This document shows, piece by piece, positions 17,076 to 27,337 of a DNA stretch of 64,000 bases; the first letter of the stretch is position 1, and the number at the start of each line of letters is the position of its first letter. Below the pieces are notes generated by a model, which saw only the letters and a program-made list of their open reading frames with translations, was not told where the DNA came from and did not search any database. Location of the stretch: contig JBKCVJ010000046.1 of NCBI GenBank assembly GCA_046317915.1, positions 23,352-87,351 on the forward strand, written 5' to 3'. The translations under genes and the position numbers were made by a program. Source of the stretch: Sphingobacteriales bacterium (GTDB lineage Bacteria; Bacteroidota; Bacteroidia; Chitinophagales; Chitinophagaceae).

Positions 17076-18455
17076 ATGAAGAAAAAATGGATTTGGATAT
17101 TGGTAGCTCTTCTGGTAGTGGTGATCGCCCTGCTGGGATTGAAGTCTGCCGGTGTCATAGGCAAGGAAGAGTCTACAAAAGTTTCCGTAGAGAAAGTTGA
17201 ACAGCGCACCATTACGGAAGTAGTTACCGCCAGCGGTAAAGTATATCCTGAAGTGGAGGTGAAAGTAAGTCCTGACGTATCTGGTGAGATCACAGAGCTC
17301 ACGGTACAAGAGGGAGACAGTGTTAAGAAAGGTCAACTTCTCGCGAGGGTGTATGCTGATATCCTTGCTACACAACGTGACCAGGCGGCTGCAGGTGTGA
17401 ACCAGCAAGAGGCCCAGGTGCAGAATGCTACAGCATCGCTGGAAAGCTTTAAGGCGCGTGCCGATCAGGCAGAGCGTCAATACAAACGCCAGAAACAACT
17501 TTTTGATGATAAGGTGATCTCCAGGCTGGAGTATGAGCAGGCAGAGAACGCGTGGCTCACGGCCAAGGCTGATTATGCTGCTGCCCAACAAACCATCAAT
17601 AGCGGTAAGGCAAGTGTACAAAGCGCACAGGCAAATCTATCGGTGGCCAACAAAAACCTTGGCAGAACCACAGTAGTGGCTCCCATGAATGGCATCGTGT
17701 CTTTGCTGAATGTGAAGAAGGGCGAGCGCGTAGTGGGTAGCAACATGATGGCGGGTACCGAGATGATGCGGATTGCAGATATGCGCGTGATTGAAGTGCG
17801 TGTGGATGTGGGCGAGAATGATATTCCTAAAGTAAAAATTGGTGATACAGCACTTGTGGAAGTGGATGCATATACCAAGCGTAAATTCAAGGGTGTAGTT
17901 ACCCAGATTGCCGCTACCAACAGGGGCGCAAACGGTGCTGCCACTACCAGCAGCACGGATGTGACCAACTATGAAGTTAGGATTCGCCTTGACCCCGCCA
18001 GTTATAGTGATCTGGTTGACCCTAAAGGGAAAAGCTTCCCCTTCAGACCGGGGATGAGCGCGAGCGCCGATATCCAGACCAGAACACGTACCAATGTATT
18101 GGCCGTTCCGATCAACTCGGTGACCACCCGGGATAAAAGCGACACTGCGAAGGCCGTTGCCGGTAAAAAGAAAGATGCTGCCCCAGCTGCTGATGCTGCA
18201 GGCGGATCTGATGAGAGCAAGGGTAGTAGTGACGACCTTGATGAAGTAGTATTTGTGTTGCAGGCCGATGGCACCGTGAAACGCGTTAAAGTGCGTACCG
18301 ATATTCAGGATATGAACTACATTGAAGTATTGAGTGGTGTGAAGGCTGGTGATCAGGTGATCACAGGACCATACACCATCGTGAGCAAGATGTTGCGCGA
18401 AGGCATGAAAGTGAAAGTAGTGCCCAAAGGAGAATTATTCGAGACCAAAAAGTAA
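17076..18455 (+). CDS. Efflux periplasmic adaptor subunit (MacA-like membrane fusion protein)
   Basis: VTASGKVYPEVEVKVSPDVSGEI, lipoyl-like halves around a coiled coil, RPGMSASADI. Confidence 0.9.
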   Translation: MKKKWIWILVALLVVVIALLGLKSAGVIGKEESTKVSVEKVEQRTITEVVTASGKVYPEVEVKVSPDVSGEITELTVQEGDSVKKGQLLARVYADILATQRDQAAAGVNQQEAQVQNATASLESFKARADQAERQYKRQKQLFDDKVISRLEYEQAENAWLTAKADYAAAQQTINSGKASVQSAQANLSVANKNLGRTTVVAPMNGIVSLLNVKKGERVVGSNMMAGTEMMRIADMRVIEVRVDVGENDIPKVKIGDTALVEVDAYTKRKFKGVVTQIAATNRGANGAATTSSTDVTNYEVRIRLDPASYSDLVDPKGKSFPFRPGMSASADIQTRTRTNVLAVPINSVTTRDKSDTAKAVAGKKKDAAPAADAAGGSDESKGSSDDLDEVVFVLQADGTVKRVKVRTDIQDMNYIEVLSGVKAGDQVITGPYTIVSKMLREGMKVKVVPKGELFETKK

Positions 18456-18463
18456 ATAAGGGC

Positions 18464-18540
18464 TATTGGTTATTCGTTATTAGTTATTGGTTAATTTGAA
18501 GCCGTTTTAACCACCCATAACTATTAACGAATAACCAATA
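18464..18540. repeat. Inverted pair of (TATTVGT)n heptamer arrays, ~31-bp stem
   Basis: tattggttattcgttattagttattggttaa ... ttaaccacccataactattaacgaataaccaata. Confidence 0.8.
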
Positions 18541-18547
18541 ACTTTTT

Positions 18548-19582
18548 ATGCAGATAGGCATCATCGGTAGTGGAAGTTGGGGTACGGCACTGGCAAAACT
18601 GGTTACAGACAATCAGCATTCCATTCACTGGACCGTCCGCAATGAGCAGGTTGTTCAACATCTTCAGAAGCGAAAACACAACCTGAACTACCTCCACTCC
18701 GTTCGGTTTGATACCAACTTGCTTTCTCTCAATACCAGACCTGCTGAAACCTTTGCGGCTTGTGATGCAGTTGTCATTGCGGTTCCATCAGCCTATGTGG
18801 TAGATGCCCTGGAAGGAATTGATCCTGAGATCATCAGGAGCAGGAAGATCATTTCTGCTGTAAAGGGAATTCTCCCGCAAACCAATCAGCTACTGAACGA
18901 TTTTCTCAGGGATAAATACACCTTGACACTCCCACACTATTACACTATAATGGGTCCTTGTCACGCGGAAGAAGTGGCCGCGGAAAAACTGTCTTATCTC
19001 ACTTTTTCAGGCATTGATGAAACTGCAACCCAGGAGATCGCTGCCTGTTTTCAGGGCCCTAACCTGAATGCGGTAGTGAATTCGGATATCTATGGTGTTC
19101 AGTATGCAGCCATCCTTAAAAATATCTACGCCTTAGGTGCAGGTATTGCACATGGATTAGAATATGGCGATAACTTTCTGAGTGTATTGATCGCTAATGC
19201 GGCTGATGAAATGGCCGGATTTCTCCGCACGGCGGGTATTGCCAATGTTGAAGTAGGTGTGCACCATGATGTGCCTTTATCCAGACGTAAGTCGCCCAAT
19301 TATGCCGCCTCCGTTTACCTGGGAGACTTGCTGGTAACTAGCTACTCTCTCTTTAGTCGCAACCGGACATTCGGGAATATGATCGGCAAGGGCTATTCCG
19401 TAAAGTCGGCACAGCTTGAATTGAATATGGTGGCCGAGGGATATAATGCCAGCCGATCCATTCACCTGATCAATCAACAGTTTGCTGCCGATATACCGAT
19501 TGTAGAAGCAATCTATCAGATTCTTTGGGAACAGTTGCCTGCCGAAGAAGGATTTAAGAAGATTGAGGACATTCTAATTTAA
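18548..19582 (+). CDS. gpsA: NAD(P)H-dependent glycerol-3-phosphate dehydrogenase
   Basis: IGSGSWGTALA, AVPS, SAVKG, GPCHAEEV, LKNIYA, GDLLVTSYSLFSRNR, AEGY. Confidence 0.93.
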   Translation: MQIGIIGSGSWGTALAKLVTDNQHSIHWTVRNEQVVQHLQKRKHNLNYLHSVRFDTNLLSLNTRPAETFAACDAVVIAVPSAYVVDALEGIDPEIIRSRKIISAVKGILPQTNQLLNDFLRDKYTLTLPHYYTIMGPCHAEEVAAEKLSYLTFSGIDETATQEIAACFQGPNLNAVVNSDIYGVQYAAILKNIYALGAGIAHGLEYGDNFLSVLIANAADEMAGFLRTAGIANVEVGVHHDVPLSRRKSPNYAASVYLGDLLVTSYSLFSRNRTFGNMIGKGYSVKSAQLELNMVAEGYNASRSIHLINQQFAADIPIVEAIYQILWEQLPAEEGFKKIEDILI

Positions 19583-19654
19583 AAACCTGCAGCTCTAATA
19601 TACATTAGAGTGAGGGGGCAGAAGAAAGGCCCAGGCTTAGTGAGGGGTTAAAGC

Positions 19655-20026
19655 CTAATGGACATTAGAGATGGTAGAGTCTACCGACTGAAGCAGGGCC
19701 ATAACCACTGGATAGAAGTCGTGCTTTTGAGGGCTCTTATCTTCCAGCTTAGCCCTGATCTTGTCCATATTCAGCAACAGGGCTTCTTTGCTGATGCTCT
19801 CCACATGAATGTTTGCGGGACCATGAATCTCGAAATCATCTCTCAAAAGGTCAACGATGGAAACTTCCAGAATCTGGGAAATTTGCTTGACGTGGTTTAC
19901 GGTGAGTTGGGTAATGTTGTTCTCGATCTTGCTGTAAGCATTCTGCGAGATACCCATTTTCTTTGCCACGTAGTCCTGAGAATAGTTCCTTAGTTCACGA
20001 TACCGGCGGATAATTGTGCCAGGCAT
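19655..20026 (-). CDS. XRE-family HTH transcriptional regulator
   Basis: IRRYRELRNYSQDYVAKKMGISQNAYSKIEN. Confidence 0.85.
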   Translation of the reverse strand: MPGTIIRRYRELRNYSQDYVAKKMGISQNAYSKIENNITQLTVNHVKQISQILEVSIVDLLRDDFEIHGPANIHVESISKEALLLNMDKIRAKLEDKSPQKHDFYPVVMALLQSVDSTISNVH

Positions 20027-20143
20027 AGATATTCATTTACACTGCAAATAACTGTGTAAGTGCCCGAATGTTCAAATAAATTGCCTCCATTTTAATGGAA
20101 TATTCATCAAAACGATGATTTTAACATTTGAGCGGTAAATAAC

Positions 20144-21325
20144 TCAATGGTTTGATCTTTCTGTTGAAGGGCTATCTAAGTTGAAAAGATCCGCCGCAAT
20201 ACCATCTGCAAACAGTTTTCCTTCCTTACTGAGTATGATCTGGTTCTTGGTCTGGATCAACAGTCCTTGTCTGGTATATTTTTCAATCCCTTTGTGTAAC
20301 TGCGTTAACACATCGTCACCCCATTTCTCCTTCACCAGTAAAGCATCTACGCCTTCCATTGTGCGAAGGGAAGTCATGAGGTATTCATTGAATTTTTGAT
20401 TATCTGTAAGGTCCTCACGTTCGTAGGGGATGAGGCCCTGCATAAGTGCATTGATGTAACGGGCATTGTTGCTGACGTTCCAATAACGGGCGATGCCGTC
20501 ATAGGAATGTGCGCCGGGACCGAATCCAAAATAAGGAATACCCTGCCAATAGGAACTGTTGTGTTGGCTGCGCATCCCCGGCTTGGCGAAGTTGCTGATC
20601 TCGTAATGCTCATACCCCGCTGCTTCCAGCATATCCATCGCGATCACAAATTGCCGGGCCTGCTGGTCCGGGTCCACGGTTGCTTTTTTACCCTGTTGGA
20701 TCATGGTTTGCAACGCGGTTTTCGGTTCAACCGTGAGTGCGTAAGCGGATATATGGGGCACCTCCAGTTCAATGGCAAGTGCCAGGTTTGCCTTCCAGGC
20801 CTCATCATCCAGGCCCGGAACCCCGTAAATCAGATCTATGCTGAAATTATGGATGCCTTCTTTGCGGATCAGGTTAATTCCTGCCAGTGCTTCTTCGGCC
20901 GTATGCGCACGGTTCATCCATTGCAGGTCTTCATCTCTGAAGCTCTGGATGCCGATGCTGAGCCGGTTGATGCCCTGACTTATCCAAAAAGGGACGCTGA
21001 CCTCATTGATGTCATCTGGATTCACCTCAAAACTGGTTTCTGCATCCGGAATGATCTGAAAGCTCCGGCGCACCACCTCCATCAGGGTCCGCAATTCTTT
21101 GCGGAGAAGAATGGAAGGCGTACCACCCCCAAAATACACCGTGGTGATCAGCCGGTTTTTTTTCCCCCTCGTCAGGTCGATTTCCTTGATAATGGCATCC
21201 ACCATTTCGGATTTCGACTGCAAAGACGTAGAAAAATGAAAATTGCAGTAATGGCAGGCTCTTTTGCAATAGGGTATATGAAAATAAAGTCCGGTAGCGT
21301 TATCTGCACGATTGATCATCATCAA
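20144..21325 (-). CDS. hemW: Radical SAM heme chaperone HemW (HemN-like)
   Basis: LYFHIPYCKRACHYCNF (CxxxCxxC), YFGGGTPS, RLSIGIQSF, YEISNFA; exact start uncertain. Confidence 0.88.
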   Translation of the reverse strand: MMMINRADNATGLYFHIPYCKRACHYCNFHFSTSLQSKSEMVDAIIKEIDLTRGKKNRLITTVYFGGGTPSILLRKELRTLMEVVRRSFQIIPDAETSFEVNPDDINEVSVPFWISQGINRLSIGIQSFRDEDLQWMNRAHTAEEALAGINLIRKEGIHNFSIDLIYGVPGLDDEAWKANLALAIELEVPHISAYALTVEPKTALQTMIQQGKKATVDPDQQARQFVIAMDMLEAAGYEHYEISNFAKPGMRSQHNSSYWQGIPYFGFGPGAHSYDGIARYWNVSNNARYINALMQGLIPYEREDLTDNQKFNEYLMTSLRTMEGVDALLVKEKWGDDVLTQLHKGIEKYTRQGLLIQTKNQIILSKEGKLFADGIAADLFNLDSPSTERSNH

Positions 21326-21326
21326 C

Positions 21327-21334
21327 TAGTTTTG
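21327..21334 (+). promoter_or_regulatory. Bacteroidota -7 box (TAGTTTTG) for the TamA-like gene
   Basis: Exact consensus 4 nt before the ATG at 21339. Confidence 0.6.
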
Positions 21335-21338
21335 TACA

Positions 21339-23132
21339 ATGCGTGTCACGTTGCTTATCCTCTTCTTTTGCTGCTTTTTCTTCCGGATGGAGGCAAAAGC
21401 TCAGGATAAGTATGCGGTCACGTATCGGTTCCTCGACAAAGATACCCTCCATACTGCGGAAAGCTTAGGCCTGAAGCGGGGATTTTCCTCGCGAACGGAA
21501 TGTATTTCCTACATGAATTCGGTGGTGGATCAACAGAAAATGAAGGGGTTTATCACGTTTTCGGTGGATTCGGTGCACTACGACAGCCTGAGAGCAGAGG
21601 CCTGGGTGTTCGCCGGGGCGCGATATATCTGGAAGAACATCCGGGTTCCGGGAAATGAGGCCTCACTGTTTTCGGCACTGGGCTACCAAGAGAAACTGTT
21701 CAATGGAAAAGCGGTTGACCTCAATAAATTGCAGCAGTTCCAGGAGCGGATGCTTGGTTATATGGACAACCATGGATATCCTTTCGCTAAGTTTCAGCTA
21801 GACAGCCTGGTGATGGATGGCGGCGAAGTGAGCGGTGTGTGGGCGGTTGAGAAGGGGCCACATTATAAAATAGATTCTATCACAGTAACGGGAACAGCAA
21901 AGATTTCCAAGTACTATCTCCAGCAATACCTCGAGATCCCTAACGGTTCCTATTACCGGGAAGACAAGCTGGAGGCCATCAGCAGGCGGATCATGGAATT
22001 GCCTTTCCTGAAAGAATCGAGGCCTTGGAACATGACCATGGTGGGCACAGGATCTGTGGTCAACCTTTATCTGGATACGAGACGCAGCAGCCAGGTGAAT
22101 GCCATCGTTGGTTTTTTGCCTGCCAACCAAACCCTCGGCGGCAAGATGCTGATCACCGGTGAAGCCAACCTGAACCTGAAAAATGCTTTTGGTGGTGGTG
22201 AAACCCTTGGCTTGAACTGGCAGCAGTTGCAGATCCAAAGTCCGAGGCTGAACGTCGTTTTTCAACAGCCCTACATGTTCCGTTCAAGGTTTGGCTTTGA
22301 TTTCAATTTTGATCTTTTCAAAAAAGATTCGAGTTTCCTTAACATCAACCTCATTCTTGGCTTGCAGTATATGGTGAGTCAAAGGCAGCAGGGCAAATTG
22401 TTTTTTCAGAGCTTCCGAACCAACCTGATCACGGTGGATACCAATGCCATCAAGAGCACTAAAGCACTACCGCAGTTTTTAGATGTATCCACACAGAATC
22501 TTGGCTTGGACTATAGTTTTAATAACACAGACTACCGTCTCAATCCAAGGAAGGGAAACGAATGGTACATTGTAGTGAGTGGTGGTCTGCGAAAGATCAG
22601 GGAAAACAACACCATCCTCGGTTTAACTACAGATGCTACGGGTAAGCCCTATGATTTCAGCACACTCTATGATACATTGAAATTGCGAACCTATATGTTT
22701 CGGATGAAGCTTGCGGGTGCGCATTATTTCAGGACGGGTAAGCAATCCACGATCCGTACGGCGATCTCCGGCGGATGGCTACAAACAGAAAATCCCTTCC
22801 GGAATGAATTGTTCCAGATCGGTGGATACAAGTTGTTGCGGGGCTTTGATGAAGAGAGCATCTATGCGAGTCAGTATGCCGTAGGTACGGTGGAGTACAG
22901 GTACCTCATAGGCGTGAATGCCTACCTGTTTGCATTTGCCGATGGAGGATGGGCCAGGGACAAATCTTTTGGTACGGCCATCAGTCATACATACTTCGGT
23001 ACCGGGTTTGGATTAGCCTTAGAAACAAAAGCAGGCATCCTTAACCTCAGCTATGCGGTAGGCAAGCGTGATAACCAGAATTTCAGCTTGCGTCAATCGA
23101 AAATTCATTTTGGATTTGTGTCGATATTTTAA
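21339..23132 (+). CDS. Omp85-family (BamA/TamA-like) outer membrane protein with POTRA domains
   Basis: Signal peptide, GYPFA POTRA motif, QIGGYKLLRGFDE loop-6-like motif, barrel end KIHFGFVSIF. Confidence 0.8.
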   Translation: MRVTLLILFFCCFFFRMEAKAQDKYAVTYRFLDKDTLHTAESLGLKRGFSSRTECISYMNSVVDQQKMKGFITFSVDSVHYDSLRAEAWVFAGARYIWKNIRVPGNEASLFSALGYQEKLFNGKAVDLNKLQQFQERMLGYMDNHGYPFAKFQLDSLVMDGGEVSGVWAVEKGPHYKIDSITVTGTAKISKYYLQQYLEIPNGSYYREDKLEAISRRIMELPFLKESRPWNMTMVGTGSVVNLYLDTRRSSQVNAIVGFLPANQTLGGKMLITGEANLNLKNAFGGGETLGLNWQQLQIQSPRLNVVFQQPYMFRSRFGFDFNFDLFKKDSSFLNINLILGLQYMVSQRQQGKLFFQSFRTNLITVDTNAIKSTKALPQFLDVSTQNLGLDYSFNNTDYRLNPRKGNEWYIVVSGGLRKIRENNTILGLTTDATGKPYDFSTLYDTLKLRTYMFRMKLAGAHYFRTGKQSTIRTAISGGWLQTENPFRNELFQIGGYKLLRGFDEESIYASQYAVGTVEYRYLIGVNAYLFAFADGGWARDKSFGTAISHTYFGTGFGLALETKAGILNLSYAVGKRDNQNFSLRQSKIHFGFVSIF

Positions 23133-23178
23133 CCGATGTATCCACGCGTTTCCACAAATATTATCCATCTAAAAAAGA

Positions 23179-23186
23179 TACTTTTG
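23179..23186 (+). promoter_or_regulatory. Bacteroidota -7 box (TACTTTTG)
   Basis: Exact consensus 6 nt before the ATG at 23193. Confidence 0.6.
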
Positions 23187-23192
23187 CAGGGC

Positions 23193-24260
23193 ATGAAATC
23201 CGGACGTTCTTTTTTTCTGTTGCTGATGATGCTGTTCTTGGCTTCTGTTACCATGGCGCAGGAAACGGATTCCATTAAGCCAATACCAGCCCCTGTGCAG
23301 GATACCAACCTGCGTCCGCAACGGTTGGATTCAACACCCAGGCCCGTGAGGCCAAAACCGAAATTGCCTAAGCCAATAGTGGATAGTGTTCGGAAAGATT
23401 CTGTGATCAATGATTCTGTTGCCATCATTCCTTCAAGGCCTGCAGTAGATAGCTTTGCTGTTTCTAAGGTACTACCCAGTGTACGTTTACTCTTTCCCGT
23501 TACCCTGCATTACCCAACCATCTATGGTGCGGAGGTAGGAGGGTACATGAAACAGTATGAGCGATTCAATGTTACTGCACCGGTACAAGAAAAGAAAGTA
23601 CTGGAACGTACGGTGGAACAAAAGGACTGGATGTTTTATTTTTTCTGTGGACTCGTGCTAGCCGTTGCGTTTATCAATCTCGCATTTAAAAAATATGTGG
23701 TAGATCTGTTCAGGGTTTTCTTCAACACCTCCCTGCGGCAGAAACAACTCCGGGAGCAACTTACGCAAACACCCCTGCCTTCGTTTTTGCTCAACATGAT
23801 TTTCTGCGTGAGCGGTGGGGCGTTTATCTTTTTTGTACTAAGGCACTATAACATACGGACAGGTCTGCATCCTGCTGTAGAATTGCTGGTGGCTGCCGGA
23901 GTGATCGCAGGAATCTATCTCGTCAAGTTTATTTTTGTGAGCCTGATGGGGTGGATGTTTGACCGCCGCCCGGCAGCTGAGAACTATCTTTTTGCGGTTT
24001 TCCTGGTGAATAAGGTGGCCGGATTGACCCTGATTCCTTTTACAATGTTGTTGGCCTATGCAGACGGGGGAACGAGGGAGGTGGTGTTGACACTATCAGC
24101 CATCATCCTTTCCGTGTTGGCCCTGATGAGACTGACGAAGGGCTTTGTGGCCATTAATGGCCTGAAAGTAGGCCTGATCCCGTACCTGGTATTTGTTGGC
24201 GCCTTTGATATTGTACCCACAATGCTGGTTTATAAAGTTTTGGTGAGCATTTTTGTATAG
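23193..24260 (+). CDS. DUF4271-family membrane protein
   Basis: Signal peptide, Pro-rich linker, then multi-TM domain; upstream of hemD-like gene as is usual in Bacteroidota; start moved to MKSGRSFF. Confidence 0.7.
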   Translation: MKSGRSFFLLLMMLFLASVTMAQETDSIKPIPAPVQDTNLRPQRLDSTPRPVRPKPKLPKPIVDSVRKDSVINDSVAIIPSRPAVDSFAVSKVLPSVRLLFPVTLHYPTIYGAEVGGYMKQYERFNVTAPVQEKKVLERTVEQKDWMFYFFCGLVLAVAFINLAFKKYVVDLFRVFFNTSLRQKQLREQLTQTPLPSFLLNMIFCVSGGAFIFFVLRHYNIRTGLHPAVELLVAAGVIAGIYLVKFIFVSLMGWMFDRRPAAENYLFAVFLVNKVAGLTLIPFTMLLAYADGGTREVVLTLSAIILSVLALMRLTKGFVAINGLKVGLIPYLVFVGAFDIVPTMLVYKVLVSIFV

Positions 24261-24309
24261 AATCTCCGTACCTTCGCACATCGAAATTTTCGAAACGAAC
24301 CGGTAATTT

Positions 24310-25074
24310 ATGGCTGAGGCAAACAAGTCAGTGAAAAAGATTCTGATTACCCAACCCCGTCCCGAGTCTGATAAGTCGCCCTATTTCGAGCTGGCTAAGC
24401 GGTATGCCGTGGAGATGGAATTCTTCCCTTTCATCCGGCTTGAGCCCATCCCCTGCAAAGAATTCAGGAAGCAGAAAATAGAGATCGCCGAGTATTCATC
24501 GGTGATTTTCACCAGCCGCAATGCTATAGACCATTTCTTCCGTATCTGCGAAGAAATGAAGCTGAACATTTCGCAGGACACTAAATATTTCTGCATCACC
24601 GAAGCGGTGGCGCTTTACCTGCAGAAGTTCATCCTATACAGAAAACGAAAGGTTTTTTATGGTGCCGATGGTACCAACAAGAGCCTGTTTGACGTGATGA
24701 ACAAGCACAAGGAAAACGAGAAGTTTCTCTATCCCTGTTCCGAAAACCAGCAGGACAATGAGATCGTGAACTGGCTGAAGAACAATAAATGTGAATTCCA
24801 GACGCCATTCATGTACCGTACCATCAGCAATGATGCCAGCAAGCTGGAAGCGCACAATTTTGACGTGATCTGTTTCTTTACGCCCAGTGGTGTAAGGAGC
24901 CTTTTTGATAATTTCCCCGCCTATACCCAGAACGGAACCTTCATCGGAGCCTTCGGCAGCAATACCTCCAAAGCCATACAGGAAGCGGGTTTACAGCTGC
25001 ACATCAAAGCCCCCGAACCGCAAGTGCCATCTATGATTGCGGCATTGGAGAAGTTCCTGGCAACGAAAAAGTAA
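24310..25074 (+). CDS. hemD: Uroporphyrinogen-III synthase-like protein (HemD family)
   Basis: KILITQP, VIFTSRNAIDHFF, YRTISND, FFTPSGVRS; function assigned from fold only. Confidence 0.75.
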   Translation: MAEANKSVKKILITQPRPESDKSPYFELAKRYAVEMEFFPFIRLEPIPCKEFRKQKIEIAEYSSVIFTSRNAIDHFFRICEEMKLNISQDTKYFCITEAVALYLQKFILYRKRKVFYGADGTNKSLFDVMNKHKENEKFLYPCSENQQDNEIVNWLKNNKCEFQTPFMYRTISNDASKLEAHNFDVICFFTPSGVRSLFDNFPAYTQNGTFIGAFGSNTSKAIQEAGLQLHIKAPEPQVPSMIAALEKFLATKK

Positions 25075-25171
25075 AAAATTAAAAAGTAAAAATTAAAAAG
25101 CTATTGCAAAGAACTATACCTGGAACAACCTGTTAAGGTTTTTTACTTTTTACTTTTGAATTTTTACTTTT
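25066..25171. repeat. Inverted pair of (AAAAAGT)n/(TTTTTAC)n heptamer arrays with ~38-nt spacer
   Basis: aaaaagt aaaaaatt aaaaagt aaaaatt aaaaagc ... tttttac tttttac ttttgaa tttttac tttt; spans from the hemD stop to the next ATG. Confidence 0.75.
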
Positions 25172-25172
25172 C

Positions 25173-27224
25173 ATGAATCGCCTCGCTTCAGAGACCAGTC
25201 CTTATTTGCTGCAGCATGCCCATAATCCGGTGGATTGGTATCCGTGGGGTGAGGAAGCCTTGTTGCTGGCGAAGCAACAGGATAAACCGATTCTCGTTAG
25301 CATCGGCTATTCGGCCTGCCATTGGTGTCACGTGATGGAGCGGGAGAGTTTTGAGGACCCGGCTACAGCGGCATTCATGAATGAAGCCTTTGTGAACGTG
25401 AAGATCGACAGGGAGGAGCGGCCGGATCTTGACCATATATATATGGATGCGGTGCAGGCCATTAGTGGCAGCGGTGGCTGGCCCCTGAACGTATTTCTCA
25501 CTCCTGAGGCAAAACCGTTTTATGGTAGCACTTACTTTCCACCGGTAAGGGCTCACAATCGGCCTTCCTGGATGGAAGTGCTTTCCCGAATATCCAGGGC
25601 GTTTCGGGAAGAACGGGGTAAGATCGAGGAACAAGCGCAGCAGCTGACGGATCATCTCAGCCAGCAAAACCAATTTGGGACCAATGCCCTGCAGGTGAAT
25701 ATCCCGCCTGAGGAGCGTTTTACTTATACCCAGCTCCACCAGGCTTTTGAAGCCGCCATGGGTCAGGCCGATACAGTTTGGGGCGGGTTTGGCAAAGCGC
25801 CCAAGTTTCCACAAACATTTACCCTTAATTATTTACTTCGATATCATTTTCTGACCGGCAGGCAGGACGCGCTGGATCAGGCTTTGCTGAGTCTCGATAA
25901 GATGATCCAGGGCGGCATCTATGACCATCTGGGAGGAGGATTTGCTCGTTATTCCACGGATACGGAGTGGCTGGCGCCGCATTTTGAAAAGATGTTGTAC
26001 GACAATGCCCTGCTTGTGCTCAGCCTTTGTGAAGCATTTCAGGTGACGGCCAACCCGGTCTATGAAAAGATCATCAGGCAAACACTGGGATTTGTGACCG
26101 ATGAACTGATGGATCAAGAAGGCGGCTTTTTCAGTGCGCTGGATGCGGACTCAGAAGGAGAAGAGGGGAAATTTTATACCTGGAGCCGGGCGGAACTGAT
26201 GGAAGTACTAGGTGAGGAAGATGGCGCATGGTTTGCAAGGATCTATGATGTGACGGAAAGGGGGAATTGGGAGCATGTTAATATTCTGAGAGTGGGGGAT
26301 GTGGAGAGGTGGAAGGTGGAAGGTGGAAGTTTGAAGTGGGAGAATTGCCGGCAGGCGTTGTTAGACAGGAGGGCTAAGAGGGTTAGGCCGGGTTTAGACG
26401 ATAAGGTACTGACCAGTTGGAACGCGCTCATGAATCTCGCTTTTAGCACGGCAGCTTCGGTTCTAGGCGATGCCCAGATCGGGCAGGTAGCTGAGCGAAA
26501 TATGAAGTTTTTGTGGAACTGCAGGGAGAAGGCAGGGGAGTGGAGACATAGTTATAAGAAAGGAGAGTACAAGGTTGTTGCTTTTTTGGACGACCAGGCC
26601 TACCTGATTTGGGCCATGACTGGATTGTACGAAATGGGCGGGGATGAGATCTGGCTCAACCGCGCGAAAGCCATGATGGATGAAGTAAGTGCAGCTTATT
26701 CCGATGAAGAGAGCCGTTTCTACTACTATACCCAAAAACGACAGGAAGATGTGATCGTGCGGAAGAAAGAGATTTATGATGGGGCAACCCCGTCCGGAAA
26801 TGCCGTAATGGCGCTTAACGGGTGGAAATTGGGAGTCCTGACGGGTAATGAATCATGGAAAAACCGTTCGAGGGATATGGTTGATGGCGTATTGCAGGTA
26901 GCCACCCGATATCCTACCTCATTTGGGGTATGGAGCAGCCTGTTGGCTGAGTTGGCAGCGGGTACCTTTGAGATCGGTATTCTGGGTCCGGGAGCGGAAG
27001 AAAAGCGTAAACAACTGTTGCTGAAATATTTGCCGTTTAAAGTAGTGCAGTCGGCCGAAAATAACCGTGAAGATCTTCCGTTATTAATGGGGAAAAAAAC
27101 CGGGCCTGAGGTGTTGGTATACCTATGCAGGGACTATGTGTGTAAGAAGCCCGTTGAAAGCATTGAAGAGTTGTTCCAACTGATTGAATCGGAATTGCCG
27201 GGTAAATCGGTTGCGGCACAATAA
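25173..27224 (+). CDS. Thioredoxin-domain (DUF255) / six-hairpin glycosidase-like protein, YyaL/SPATA20 family
   Basis: [60 protein letters not shown]. Confidence 0.92.
   Translation: MNRLASETSPYLLQHAHNPVDWYPWGEEALLLAKQQDKPILVSIGYSACHWCHVMERESFEDPATAAFMNEAFVNVKIDREERPDLDHIYMDAVQAISGSGGWPLNVFLTPEAKPFYGSTYFPPVRAHNRPSWMEVLSRISRAFREERGKIEEQAQQLTDHLSQQNQFGTNALQVNIPPEERFTYTQLHQAFEAAMGQADTVWGGFGKAPKFPQTFTLNYLLRYHFLTGRQDALDQALLSLDKMIQGGIYDHLGGGFARYSTDTEWLAPHFEKMLYDNALLVLSLCEAFQVTANPVYEKIIRQTLGFVTDELMDQEGGFFSALDADSEGEEGKFYTWSRAELMEVLGEEDGAWFARIYDVTERGNWEHVNILRVGDVERWKVEGGSLKWENCRQALLDRRAKRVRPGLDDKVLTSWNALMNLAFSTAASVLGDAQIGQVAERNMKFLWNCREKAGEWRHSYKKGEYKVVAFLDDQAYLIWAMTGLYEMGGDEIWLNRAKAMMDEVSAAYSDEESRFYYYTQKRQEDVIVRKKEIYDGATPSGNAVMALNGWKLGVLTGNESWKNRSRDMVDGVLQVATRYPTSFGVWSSLLAELAAGTFEIGILGPGAEEKRKQLLLKYLPFKVVQSAENNREDLPLLMGKKTGPEVLVYLCRDYVCKKPVESIEELFQLIESELPGKSVAAQ
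26300..26341. repeat. (AGGTGGA)-type heptamer array x6 inside the YyaL-family CDS
   Basis: tgtggag aggtgga aggtgga aggtgga agtttga agtggga; same unit as 10566-10629. Confidence 0.7.
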
Positions 27225-27329
27225 GGGAGAAAAAGATCCGTTATTTATGGAAGTGGATTGTGTTCTGCATACTTGTTAAATATTGTATTAAGATTCAAAA
27301 CACCTTTAATAGTCAAGGGAATATTAATT

Positions 27330-27337
27330 TATATTTG
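27330..27337 (+). promoter_or_regulatory. Bacteroidota -7 box (TATATTTG) for gldKLMN
   Basis: Exact consensus 23 nt upstream of the gldK ATG in an AT-rich intergenic region. Confidence 0.65.

Noticed and set aside
19593-19610. Palindrome CTCTAAT-ATAC-ATTAGAG between gpsA and the XRE gene
   Set aside because: Short, single-copy, no U-tract, and located downstream of both genes; no function can be supported.
20396-21409. 337-aa plus-strand ORF
   Set aside because: Antisense shadow of hemW; no recognisable motifs.
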